In this document: piece by piece, positions 31,697-40,121 of the stretch
How the letters are laid out: each line of letters starts with the position of its first letter
How positions within the stretch are numbered: the first letter of the stretch is position 1
NCBI GenBank assembly: GCA_946403755.1
Contig: CAMJBC010000001.1
Location: forward strand, 80,735 to 144,734
DNA length: 64,000 bases
DNA from: an uncultured Mycoplasmatota bacterium
GTDB taxonomy: Bacteria; Bacillota_I; Bacilli_A; RF39; UBA660
Direction of reading: 5' to 3'
Program-made: the position numbers and the translations under genes
The notes under the pieces: generated by a model
What the model was told of the DNA's origin: nothing
Databases searched by the model: none
Seen by the model: only the letters and a program-made list of their open reading frames with translations

Positions 31697-33199
31697 ATGA
31701 GAAAGGTAATCACAGTAATAGTAGGTATTTTATTATTTATATCACTAGGCTTAACTACACTTGGATACAAATTGCATAATGATGAAAAAAATTATGAATT
31801 ATTTGTTGAAGCTGAAAATAAAAGAGTAAATAATTGGCTTAAAGATGTTGAAGATAAAAAAGTAATATTATTTTTAAAAACAGCATATTGTCCTAGTTGT
31901 ACTGAAATACTAGAAAATATTAATCTAAAAGCTAATGCAAAAAATTATATTGTATATGCTTTTGATGAAGCCTATTTAAGTCAGGAAAATTTAGATATAA
32001 TTGCAGATAAATTTGGAATTTTTTATGATGATTATGGATCATTTATAGGAGCTACTAAAAATGGTACTGTACTTGGTGGTAGTAGTCGTATTTTTGATAA
32101 AGAAGACGTAACTGATTTTTTTGATTGCTGGGAAGTTGATACAAAAGATAATGAAAATGACAATGCTAAAATATCAGAATGGGAAAAAGAAGTTATAAAA
32201 AATGATACTGAAAAAATAGTTACTGTAATATCTTTTCCTCAATGTCAACAATGTAATAAATATATACAAAATGTAAAAGAATTATCAAAAGAAAAAAACT
32301 TTAAACTATATTACTTTGATGCTGAAACTCTAAGTGAAGAAGATTTAAATAAAATATTTCATTTTAATAATAATAATCTTGGTAGGGGAGATAATGGATA
32401 TATTTATCCACTTCCATCAACAATATATACTTTTATGGGTAATATAATAAGTTTTGGTAGTGGATATAGTAATAAAGAACAATTAATTGAACGTTTAGAT
32501 AATGTTGATAAAAATGTTAAAAGCATTAAAGAAGATAATAAAGTTGAAATAGATGAAGAAGATGAAAGAGACATACAAATAAAAAAAGATGAAGATTACG
32601 AATATGCTTACTATTATGATAAAGATTGGAAATATACAAACGAAGTTTTATATTTTAAAGTAAATGGTAAAAAAGTATTAGATGACAGTGATAATATATC
32701 AGAAATTTTAACTATTAAAAAATATAAAGATTTTATTGCAGTAGAAACAGATAGTCATTGGGAGGGTATAGTAAGTGAAAAGCATCTATACATATATGAT
32801 TATACAGGTAATAAATTATATTCTTCTGAAAATCTTTCACTATTAGATTTAACAGATTTGGATTTTGGTTCTGACTATGAAAAATTAAATTCTGGTGATA
32901 TGTATTATAATTCATATTCATATGATGAAAAAAGCAAAAAACTAGAAATAAAATATAAATTTGATTTATATAGTAGAATAGGGGATGTAGATCCATCCGC
33001 TCCACCAACAGATAGATCAGATACACCTTTTTGCATAGCATCAAAAACTAAAACATTATATGATTCTGCTACAATATCTTTAACACTTAAAAATAAGAAA
33101 TTTGAAGATAGAACAGTATTAGATAAAACTATATTTAACATAAAGAATTATAGTGAAAAAGATCAAGACGTTTATTATACTGAATGTGGTAAAAAATAA
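31697..33199 (+). CDS. Membrane-anchored protein with two thioredoxin-like CxxC modules plus the shared unknown C-terminal domain (family member B)
   Basis: TM VITVIVGILLFISLGLTTLGY. Module 1 is KVILFLKTAYCPSCTEI...YIVYAF. Module 2 is IVTVISFPQCQQCNKY...FKLYYF. The C-terminal domain is homologous to ORF 30735-31637. Confidence 0.65.
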   Translation: MRKVITVIVGILLFISLGLTTLGYKLHNDEKNYELFVEAENKRVNNWLKDVEDKKVILFLKTAYCPSCTEILENINLKANAKNYIVYAFDEAYLSQENLDIIADKFGIFYDDYGSFIGATKNGTVLGGSSRIFDKEDVTDFFDCWEVDTKDNENDNAKISEWEKEVIKNDTEKIVTVISFPQCQQCNKYIQNVKELSKEKNFKLYYFDAETLSEEDLNKIFHFNNNNLGRGDNGYIYPLPSTIYTFMGNIISFGSGYSNKEQLIERLDNVDKNVKSIKEDNKVEIDEEDERDIQIKKDEDYEYAYYYDKDWKYTNEVLYFKVNGKKVLDDSDNISEILTIKKYKDFIAVETDSHWEGIVSEKHLYIYDYTGNKLYSSENLSLLDLTDLDFGSDYEKLNSGDMYYNSYSYDEKSKKLEIKYKFDLYSRIGDVDPSAPPTDRSDTPFCIASKTKTLYDSATISLTLKNKKFEDRTVLDKTIFNIKNYSEKDQDVYYTECGKK

Positions 33200-33220
33200 G
33201 AAAATATTTCTTATTTTTTT
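33196..33220 (+). terminator. Rho-independent terminator
   Basis: ATAAGAAA-ata-TTTCTTAT stem overlapping the stop codon, then a T-run. Confidence 0.6.
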
Positions 33221-33270
33221 ATTTATAATAATATGCTATAATTATCTAGGGTAATATTAAAGGAGACTAT

Positions 33271-34032
33271 ATGATAGAGGTTAAAAACATATCTAAAGAG
33301 TTTACTAAGATTGATAATAATAAAAAGAAAATTAAATTCTTAGCAGATAATGATATTAGTTTTACAGCTAAAGATGGTGAAATACTTGGTATTTTAGGAC
33401 CAAATGGTGCTGGTAAAACAACATTACTTAGAATAATAGCTGGTATTATGAATCCAACTAATGGCGAAGTAATAATTGATGATAAAACATATGCTAAAAA
33501 TGATATAGAAATTAAGAAACAAATAGCATTTTTATCAGGTAATACTAAATTATATAAAGATATATCTGCTGTAGAATTACTTAAGATGTGTGCTGATTAT
33601 TATGAGGTAGATAATAAAACTTTTAATGAAAGATTAGATGAAATAATTAAAAGATTTGATATGGAATCATTTAAAAATCAAAAAATAGGTAGTTTATCAA
33701 CTGGTCAAACTCAAAGAGTAGGTGTTGCTAGATGTATAATTCATGATCCTCATTATTATATATTTGATGAAGCTACTAGTGGACTTGATATTATATCTAG
33801 TCAAGTAATACTAAAATTTATTAAAGAAGAAAAGAACAAAAATAAATGTATCATATATTCAACACATTATATGGAAGAAGCTGAAAATATTTGTGATAGA
33901 GTAGTACTAATAAATAAAGGCAAAATTATTGCTATTGGTACTCCTAGTGAAGTAAAACAAAAAACAAATACAACTAATTTAAGAGAAGCTTTCTTATCTT
34001 TAATAGGGGGTGATAATAATGAAATGGAGTAA
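33271..34032 (+). CDS. natA: ABC transporter ATP-binding protein (NatA-like, ABC-2 exporter)
   Basis: Walker A GPNGAGKTT, signature LSTGQTQR and Walker B IFDEATSGLD. Confidence 0.85.
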   Translation: MIEVKNISKEFTKIDNNKKKIKFLADNDISFTAKDGEILGILGPNGAGKTTLLRIIAGIMNPTNGEVIIDDKTYAKNDIEIKKQIAFLSGNTKLYKDISAVELLKMCADYYEVDNKTFNERLDEIIKRFDMESFKNQKIGSLSTGQTQRVGVARCIIHDPHYYIFDEATSGLDIISSQVILKFIKEEKNKNKCIIYSTHYMEEAENICDRVVLINKGKIIAIGTPSEVKQKTNTTNLREAFLSLIGGDNNEME

Positions 34033-35164
34033 TATTAAAACCACTATTAAAAAAGAATTAAGAGGTATATTTAGAGATAAGAATTCATTTAAAACTTTAA
34101 TATTTTTACCATTTATAATTCCATTTTATATTCTATTAATGGGATTTATGTTTGAAGTATTAGAAGACTCTAATTATGTAATTGGAGCAAACTATGAAAT
34201 AAATGAAGTTGAAAAAGCTATTATTAATGAAATAGGTGAATTAGAATTTAAATATTATGAAAATTCAGATGATTTAGGTTTTGCATATGAAAATAGTGAT
34301 ATTAATGCATATATAATCAAAGAAGATAATAAATATACTATTTATTCTGATTTATCTACTAATAGTGGAACTATGATATTTTCATATTTAAGTGCATATT
34401 TAAATGGATATAACCAATATCTTGCTAATAATAATATAATTAATCAAGGTTTAGATCCTAATGAAATATTTAATAATTTAACAGTAGAAAGTGTAACTCT
34501 TGGTGAAGAAGGACAAGATATAACATTAGTGATGCTACTAAGCATATCTATTACATATATTTTAATGATTATAGTTATTAGTACATCTACTGTAGCTACT
34601 GATGCAACAGCTGGTGAAAAAGAAAGAGGTACTTTAGAAACATTACTAACTTTTCCAATTAAAAGTAGTGAAATAATAACTGGTAAATATTTATCTATAT
34701 CTTTATGTGGTATTTTCCTAGGATTATTTGCACTATTACTATTAGTACCATCGTTATTAATAGGTAAATCTATGTATGCATCTTTTGCTGATTTTGATAC
34801 TAATTTTTCTTTAATATCTATATTATTAACAGTATTTATAATAATTATTAGTTCATTATTATCAGCTGGTGTATGTATGGCACTTGCTGGTAAAACTAAA
34901 ACATATAAAGAAGCTCAATCTAAGTTACAAATATTATCATTTGTATCAATAATACCTATGTTTGTACAATTAGTTGATGTTAAAAGTGGCATATTAGATT
35001 ATATTCCACTAGTAAACTGTGGTTTAGCTTTAAATAAAGTATTAACTAATACTTTTACTATTGATTCATTAATAATTATGCTGGTTACTACAATAATATA
35101 TACAGTACTAATAATTATATATATATCAAAACAATATAAATCAGAAGAAACATTATTTGGATAA
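34019..35164 (+). CDS. natB: ABC-2 type permease (NatB-like)
   Basis: N-terminal TM, a large extracytoplasmic loop, then five C-terminal TMs with a GEKERGTLE motif typical of NatB/ABC-2 permeases. AGGGGG RBS before 34019. Overlaps the natA end. Confidence 0.75.
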   Translation: MKWSNIKTTIKKELRGIFRDKNSFKTLIFLPFIIPFYILLMGFMFEVLEDSNYVIGANYEINEVEKAIINEIGELEFKYYENSDDLGFAYENSDINAYIIKEDNKYTIYSDLSTNSGTMIFSYLSAYLNGYNQYLANNNIINQGLDPNEIFNNLTVESVTLGEEGQDITLVMLLSISITYILMIIVISTSTVATDATAGEKERGTLETLLTFPIKSSEIITGKYLSISLCGIFLGLFALLLLVPSLLIGKSMYASFADFDTNFSLISILLTVFIIIISSLLSAGVCMALAGKTKTYKEAQSKLQILSFVSIIPMFVQLVDVKSGILDYIPLVNCGLALNKVLTNTFTIDSLIIMLVTTIIYTVLIIIYISKQYKSEETLFG

Positions 35165-35175
35165 GAGGTAATAAT

Positions 35176-35592
35176 ATGGGATTATTTAAAAATAATAAAA
35201 AGACTGAAATAGATTATTTTTATTTAACACTTAATAATGGTGTTAGTTCTATAAAAATAGGAGAAAAAGAAATACCAATTTTAGGTATTTTAGTAACACC
35301 GGGTGCTATGCATGAAGTAGTAACTGGTAAAAGAATAGATAATAATGTAGAAAAAACACCAACAGGAACTATGACATATATTTCTGCTGTTCCAGTCCCT
35401 AAAAAAGAAGCTAAAGGTGTTGAAGAAATAATATTTGGTATGACTATACCAGAAAAAGAAGAATTTGAAAAAATAATGAAAAAAATGAAACAAGATATTG
35501 AAGATCAACATTTTGTAAATAGTTCTTATGGTCTTGGTGAAATGATGATGAGAAGACTTATGGTTAAAGCCAAAAGAGAAAAAGAAGAGTAA
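35176..35592 (+). CDS. Hypothetical small cytoplasmic protein
   Basis: GAGGT RBS. 138 aa, with a beta-rich N-terminal half and a charged helical C-terminus. No known motif. Confidence 0.45.
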   Translation: MGLFKNNKKTEIDYFYLTLNNGVSSIKIGEKEIPILGILVTPGAMHEVVTGKRIDNNVEKTPTGTMTYISAVPVPKKEAKGVEEIIFGMTIPEKEEFEKIMKKMKQDIEDQHFVNSSYGLGEMMMRRLMVKAKREKEE

Positions 35593-35662
35593 TACCTTCT
35601 TTTTAATTTGACTATTTTAGTAAATTATGGTATTATATACCCAATTTTTTAGGGGGTATATA

Positions 35663-36124
35663 ATGGAAAAAGAGTATTATATTTTAAATTTAAATCATAC
35701 TAATTCTAAGAATCCTTGTAAATTAGATAATATTATTTATAAAGGAAGAAATACAAAATATCCTTTTGAAACTGAAGATGATGAATTAGAAGATATATAT
35801 GATAGTATTGAAGTACTAGCAGAAAAGACTCCATTTGGAGCATATAAAGATGTTATTACTAAAGAAATAATAATTTCATCTAATAGTGGTAAAACACCAG
35901 AATTATCTTTTAATAGAGCTACTCCAGCTAGTAGACATGATATCATTAGAATAACTAAAATATATAGAGAAATGTCTGATGAAGATTTAGCTAGATATAC
36001 AGCTGCTATTGAAAGAATTAAAAAGAATAGTAAAATTCTTTATGAAAGAGAAATGCAAATGGAAAGAGAAGAACTATCTGAAGAAAGAGCAGCAAGGGAT
36101 TTTCTTCTTCACTATTTTGTGTAA
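35663..36124 (+). CDS. Hypothetical small cytoplasmic protein
   Basis: AGGGGG RBS before the ATG at 35663. Same two-part layout as the preceding ORF: a beta-rich N-terminal half, then a charged helical tail (EREMQMEREELSEERAARD). Confidence 0.45.
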   Translation: MEKEYYILNLNHTNSKNPCKLDNIIYKGRNTKYPFETEDDELEDIYDSIEVLAEKTPFGAYKDVITKEIIISSNSGKTPELSFNRATPASRHDIIRITKIYREMSDEDLARYTAAIERIKKNSKILYEREMQMEREELSEERAARDFLLHYFV

Positions 36125-36134
36125 ATATAAAAGT

Positions 36135-36165
36135 AAAATCAATTTTTGAAAATTGATTTTTATTT
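36135..36165 (+). terminator. Rho-independent terminator
   Basis: AAAATCAATTT-ttga-AAATTGATTTT long AT-rich stem followed by a T-rich tract. Confidence 0.6.
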
Positions 36166-36204
36166 TCTCTAATATTAAGATAATACTAGAGAAAGTAGGA
36201 AAAT

Positions 36205-36402
36205 ATGGCAACTAAATCTAAAAAAGTAAGTAAAAAAAGTAATATTAGTTTTATAAAAACTATTTGTTGTTTAAGTTTCTTAGTTGGTGCAATAGGATTA
36301 TGTTGGTCAACATATTACTGTGGTAAAGATTCATTCTTATGGGTTATAATTCTATTATTAACTGGCGTAGGAATTTTTAGTCCTGATGAAATAAAAAAAT
36401 AG
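36205..36402 (+). CDS. Small two-TM membrane protein
   Basis: 65 aa. Basic N-terminus, then two hydrophobic helices. AGGAAA RBS-like sequence upstream. Confidence 0.4.
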   Translation: MATKSKKVSKKSNISFIKTICCLSFLVGAIGLCWSTYYCGKDSFLWVIILLLTGVGIFSPDEIKK

Positions 36403-36441
36403 CGCTTTTATACAAAGTGTTTTTTTATTATAATTAAAGCT

Positions 36442-36576
36442 AATGATGAATATAAAGGGCTACATAAAAGAGATAAAACAACATTTATTGTAAATACTGG
36501 AATGTCAGGTTGGGCTATTAAATTCAAGACTGGAACTAAGTCTGAATATGTAGTAATAGACATTATTAACAATTAA
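36442..36576 (+). pseudogene. Orphan C-terminal remnant resembling the end of a metallophosphoesterase
   Basis: The frame is open only from 36403 and has no usable start codon. Translation NDEYKGLHKRDKTTFIVNTGMSGWAIKFKTGTKSEYVVIDIINN* resembles the usual C-terminus (..G.G.....R.....EIVVI.L) of YkuE-type phosphoesterases. Confidence 0.35.
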
Positions 36577-36599
36577 AGTGTAAACTTAATTTAGAAATA

Positions 36600-36627
36600 T
36601 TGAATATATTGATTAGTATGATATAAT
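36600..36627 (+). promoter_or_regulatory. Sigma-A-type promoter with extended -10 driving the sRNA
   Basis: TTGAAT (36600-36605), 16-nt spacer, TGaTATAAT (36619-36627). Confidence 0.6.
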
Positions 36628-36633
36628 TAAATT

Positions 36634-36804
36634 AACCTAGATGAATAAATAAGCAAACAATAAACCGACTATGTAATGATATAGGGGAGATAATTAGTAT
36701 AGGGGATTGAATGCTGACTAGTTTCAGAATCACGAATATATTATGTTCTCTACCACCTCGTGTGAAGCGAGATTTATTACACTTATTTACACTAGGTTTT
36801 TTTT
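36634..36804 (+). ncRNA. ssrS: Structured sRNA of about 170 nt, candidate 6S RNA
   Basis: Lies between its own promoter and a U-tract. The 5' and 3' ends pair over about 23 bp: 36634-36640/36793-36799, 36642-36643/36790-36791, 36646-36653/36782-36789 and 36659-36664/36773-36778. An asymmetric central bubble carries a small 3'-side hairpin (CUCG-ugugaag-CGAG, 36757-36771). An inner helix joins 36676-36683 to 36737-36744, and an apical hairpin spans 36705-36731. It sits directly upstream of tcdA (yrvM), where B. subtilis 6S-1/bsrA is found. Confidence 0.5.
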
Positions 36805-36814
36805 ATGCTATAAT
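36786..36814 (+). promoter_or_regulatory. Promoter of tcdA overlapping the sRNA 3' end
   Basis: TTTACA (36786-36791), 17-nt spacer, TGcTATAAT (36806-36814). AAAGGAGG RBS at 36826-36833. Confidence 0.55.
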
Positions 36815-36841
36815 ATTCTTCGCCAAAGGAGGTTAATTCTG

Positions 36842-37516
36842 ATGAATTTATCTAGATTGGAAAGTTTAATTGGCATAGAAAATATTAATAAACTTAAAGC
36901 TACTAAAGTATTAGTTTTAGGATTAGGAGGAGTAGGTGGATACGTAGTAGAATCACTAGTAAGAAGTGGTGTAGAAAACATTACTCTTGTAGATGGTGAT
37001 ACTATTAAACCTAGTAATATTAATAGACAAATAATTGTTACTTCAAGAAATATTAATAATTATAAAACTAAAGAATGGAAAAAAAGAATTAAATTAATTA
37101 ATAGAGATTGTAAAGTAAATATTATAAATACTATGATTAATGAAGATAATATGGAAGTATTATTTTCAGATAATTATAACTATATAATTGATGCATGTGA
37201 CACTACTAAAGTAAAAACTAAATTAATTAGAGAATGTCATAATAGAGGCATTAAATTAATAAGTAGTATGGGAACTGCCAAAAAGATGGATGCTACTAAA
37301 TTAATAATCACTACATTAGATAAAACAAATACAGATCCACTTGCTAAAAAGATTAGAAGTGAACTTAAAAATGAAAAAGATTTAATGAAAGAAGTAACTG
37401 TAGTTACATCTACAGAGAAAGCTACTGATACAATAGAACTTGGTTCAACTGCATATGTTCCAGCAGTAGCAGGTTTATATATAACTAATTACATAGTAAA
37501 TGATATTGTAAAATAA
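36842..37516 (+). CDS. tcdA: tRNA threonylcarbamoyladenosine dehydratase (ThiF/E1-like family)
   Basis: VLVLGLGGVGGYVVESLVRSG..ITLVDGD....SNINRQ is an E1-like Rossmann motif. About 225 aa from the ATG at 36842, which has an AAAGGAGG RBS. The longer ORF-track start would run through the sRNA and promoter. Confidence 0.8.
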   Translation: MNLSRLESLIGIENINKLKATKVLVLGLGGVGGYVVESLVRSGVENITLVDGDTIKPSNINRQIIVTSRNINNYKTKEWKKRIKLINRDCKVNIINTMINEDNMEVLFSDNYNYIIDACDTTKVKTKLIRECHNRGIKLISSMGTAKKMDATKLIITTLDKTNTDPLAKKIRSELKNEKDLMKEVTVVTSTEKATDTIELGSTAYVPAVAGLYITNYIVNDIVK

Positions 37517-37573
37517 AATAAAACATATTGAAGAAATATGTTTTTTATTTTAAATTTAATATATGGTGATATT

Positions 37574-38836
37574 ATGAATAATAATCCAAATGAAACAAAT
37601 AATACTAACACAGTAATAAATAATACGGAAGTAACAGTAGTTGATAATACTGCAAAACCAATAAAGAAAATCAGTAATAAAGGTCCAATAATAGCTTTTG
37701 TAATTATAATGCTAATTGGTAGTGTTGTTGTATTATTTAAAGATGATTTCTTTAAAAAAGAAGTACCAATAATAGAAAATAATACTGTAGTAGAAAATAA
37801 TAATGAAACTGAAGAAGTAGATGAAATAGATAATCATGTTTATGAATGGAAAGATGATGCTACTGAAGGAACAGTAGTAACTGTAATATCTAAAAATGAT
37901 TGTTATTTTTGTAGTACTTATGAACCTGTTATTAAAAAACTAGCAAATGATATGGGTTTTAAATTATATTATTTTGTATCAGATGATTTACTTTCTGGCG
38001 AATATGATATGATTACTAGTTCATTTAATAATAAATTTAGAGGATCGTTTCCATATACTTTTATTGTTAGTGAAGGTAAATTCATAGGAGAATATACAGG
38101 ATATACTACTGAAAGTGAAATAAAGAGTTTTCTTACATCACATTTATCTCTTGAAGAAGATGAATTAGAAGAACCAGTTAAAAAGATAAATAAGACTAAA
38201 ACTTTATATAATAAAAACATAAATTTAAATGGAAAAGATGTAAATATTAAATTAGTTGGTAAATTTAAATCAAATGATGAGTGGCTTGATGGAACTTATA
38301 CTATATTATTTGATGGTAAAGAATCACTTAGCATTGAAGATAGTTTATATGATTTTGATGAAAGTGTTAAATTTACTTATGTAAAAGATATAAGTAAGAT
38401 AGTAGATAATAATAACAAAGAATATATAGTAGTAAATATAGATATTCCTGATGAAACTGGTATTGAACACTATTTTGTACTTATTAATGATGAAGGAAAA
38501 GCTTTATTAGAATTTAATCAATATATATCAAGTTTTGTATATGAAATAAGTGGCGCTAATAGTAGTAGATACTTACTAAATGATAATAATTGTAAAACAT
38601 ATTTTGCTGATTGGGTTTGTAAAGATATTAAAAAAATATATTCTACTTATACTATTGATAGTGATAAGATATATTTCTTAGATTGTAAGGAAGATGAAAA
38701 TATTTTATATGAACATACTCTTCAAATTAAAGATGGAGTAGTTGAATTAATTGATTCTGAAGATAAATATAATATAAGTAATTTAGATCAATTAAGTGGT
38801 GGTGGATTTAGTTGTCCAAATTATAATAAAAAATAG
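37574..38836 (+). CDS. Membrane-anchored protein with one thioredoxin-like CxxC module and a large unknown C-terminal domain (family member C)
   Basis: GGTGA RBS. TM IIAFVIIMLIGSVVVLF. VVTVISKNDCYFCSTYEPVIKKLANDMGFKLYYF parallels the modules of ORF 31697-33199. Confidence 0.6.
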   Translation: MNNNPNETNNTNTVINNTEVTVVDNTAKPIKKISNKGPIIAFVIIMLIGSVVVLFKDDFFKKEVPIIENNTVVENNNETEEVDEIDNHVYEWKDDATEGTVVTVISKNDCYFCSTYEPVIKKLANDMGFKLYYFVSDDLLSGEYDMITSSFNNKFRGSFPYTFIVSEGKFIGEYTGYTTESEIKSFLTSHLSLEEDELEEPVKKINKTKTLYNKNINLNGKDVNIKLVGKFKSNDEWLDGTYTILFDGKESLSIEDSLYDFDESVKFTYVKDISKIVDNNNKEYIVVNIDIPDETGIEHYFVLINDEGKALLEFNQYISSFVYEISGANSSRYLLNDNNCKTYFADWVCKDIKKIYSTYTIDSDKIYFLDCKEDENILYEHTLQIKDGVVELIDSEDKYNISNLDQLSGGGFSCPNYNKK

Positions 38837-38858
38837 AACTTTTTGGTTCTATTTTTTT
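38828..38858. terminator. Bidirectional terminator between convergent genes
   Basis: ATAGAAC-tttttg-GTTCTAT stem flanked by an A-run and a T-run. Contains the rarA stop codon. Confidence 0.65.
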
Positions 38859-40039
38859 ATTGATTGATTAAATTTATACATTTCAGTTTCAAATTTGTTT
38901 TTTCTTGGACTATAATACTTTCTATTTTTTAATTTATCTGGTAAATATTGTTGATCTACCCAATAGTTTGCATAATTATGAGGATATTTATAATTTGGAC
39001 TGGTTGTTCTTATATGTTCTGGTATTCTTCCTACATTTCCTGCTTCTATATCAGATATTGCTGCTTCTATAGCAGTATTAGCTGAATTTGATTTAGGACT
39101 TAGAGCCATTTCTATAATTACAACACTTAGTGGTTTAATTAATTCTGGATATCCAACTCTTTCACTAGCTTCAATAGCAGCAATTACTTTAGGACCAATT
39201 CCTGGGTTAGCAAGTCCAATATCTTCATATGCTATAACAATCATACGTCTATATATTGAATCATAATCTCCTGATACAATTAATCTGCCTAAGTAGTGTA
39301 GCGCTGCATCTACATCAGAACCTCTAATACTTTTTTGAAAAGCAGATAACATATCATAATGACCATCTTCATTTTTATCAGTAAAGAATGATGATTTATT
39401 ATTAGTTTTAGATATATTTTCTATAGTAACTTCTTTATTATATCCATAATATATAAATTCTACTAAATTATATGCATATCTAATATCTCCATTAGATAAA
39501 CTTGCTATATATTTAATAGTTTTTAAATCCATTTTTATATCAGGAAGAACTTCTTTAACTCTTTTTAATCCTTTTATAATGTCTTCTTCACTTAGTGCTT
39601 TTAATTCTATTAATTGGCATCTACTTCTTATTGCTTGATTTATAGAGTGATATGGATTTGAATTAGTAAGACCTATTAAAGTTATTAATCCACTTTCAAT
39701 ATAAGAAAGTAGTATATCTTGTTTATCTTTATTCATTCTATGAATTTCATCTACTATTAAGATGATTCCATTATACATTTTTGCTTCTTCTATAACTATT
39801 TCAAAGTCTTTTTTAGAATTAACAGTAGCATTTAATGATCTATATCTAGTTTTTAATTCATTCATTAGTGCTAAAGCAATTGTAGTTTTACCAGAACCAC
39901 TATTTCCATAGAAAATAATATTAAATAATTTCTTTTCTTTAACTAAATTATTTAATATTTTACCTTTACCAATTATATGTTCTTGTCCTAAAACATCTTT
40001 TAAATATTCAGGTCTTAATTTATTTTGAAGTAAATCCAT
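38849..40039 (-). CDS. rarA: Replication-associated recombination protein A (MgsA/RarA AAA+ ATPase)
   Basis: LRPEYLKDVLGQEHI, a Walker A variant GNSGSGKTT, Walker B IVDEIHR, sensor region, and the C-terminal MgsA domain (HYDMLSAFQKSIRGSD.DAALHYL, AYEDIGLA, YKYPH). Confidence 0.9.
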   Translation of the reverse strand: MDLLQNKLRPEYLKDVLGQEHIIGKGKILNNLVKEKKLFNIIFYGNSGSGKTTIALALMNELKTRYRSLNATVNSKKDFEIVIEEAKMYNGIILIVDEIHRMNKDKQDILLSYIESGLITLIGLTNSNPYHSINQAIRSRCQLIELKALSEEDIIKGLKRVKEVLPDIKMDLKTIKYIASLSNGDIRYAYNLVEFIYYGYNKEVTIENISKTNNKSSFFTDKNEDGHYDMLSAFQKSIRGSDVDAALHYLGRLIVSGDYDSIYRRMIVIAYEDIGLANPGIGPKVIAAIEASERVGYPELIKPLSVVIIEMALSPKSNSANTAIEAAISDIEAGNVGRIPEHIRTTSPNYKYPHNYANYWVDQQYLPDKLKNRKYYSPRKNKFETEMYKFNQSIKK

Positions 40040-40121
40040 ATTAACACCTCATTAAATATTTTATCATATAAAGTTTAATTTTAAATAAAAATATGATAAT
40101 ATTAATTAGTAGGATGATATT

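Noticed and set aside
36634-36841. Riboswitch or T-box leader regulating tcdA. A CCACC box and a U-tract lie upstream of the gene.
   Set aside because: The GGUGG-type T-box sequence would be on the wrong strand. The element has its own promoter and its ends pair with each other. tcdA also has a separate extended -10 promoter after the U-tract. No known riboswitch core (preQ1, SAM, TPP, FMN) is recognisable.
36743-36841. The ORF-track start at 36743 would give a 257-aa TcdA with an odd N-terminal extension (MFSTTSCEARFITLIY...).
   Set aside because: The extension runs through the sRNA 3' half, its U-tract and the tcdA promoter. It has no RBS and is not ThiF-like. The ATG at 36842 has an AAAGGAGG RBS and matches homologue N-termini.
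38849-40039. The Walker A variant GNSGSGKT in RarA, instead of GPPGTGKT, as a sign of a pseudogene.
   Set aside because: The ORF is intact. The essential GK(T/S) is retained, and every other MgsA motif is present, including the C-terminal domain.
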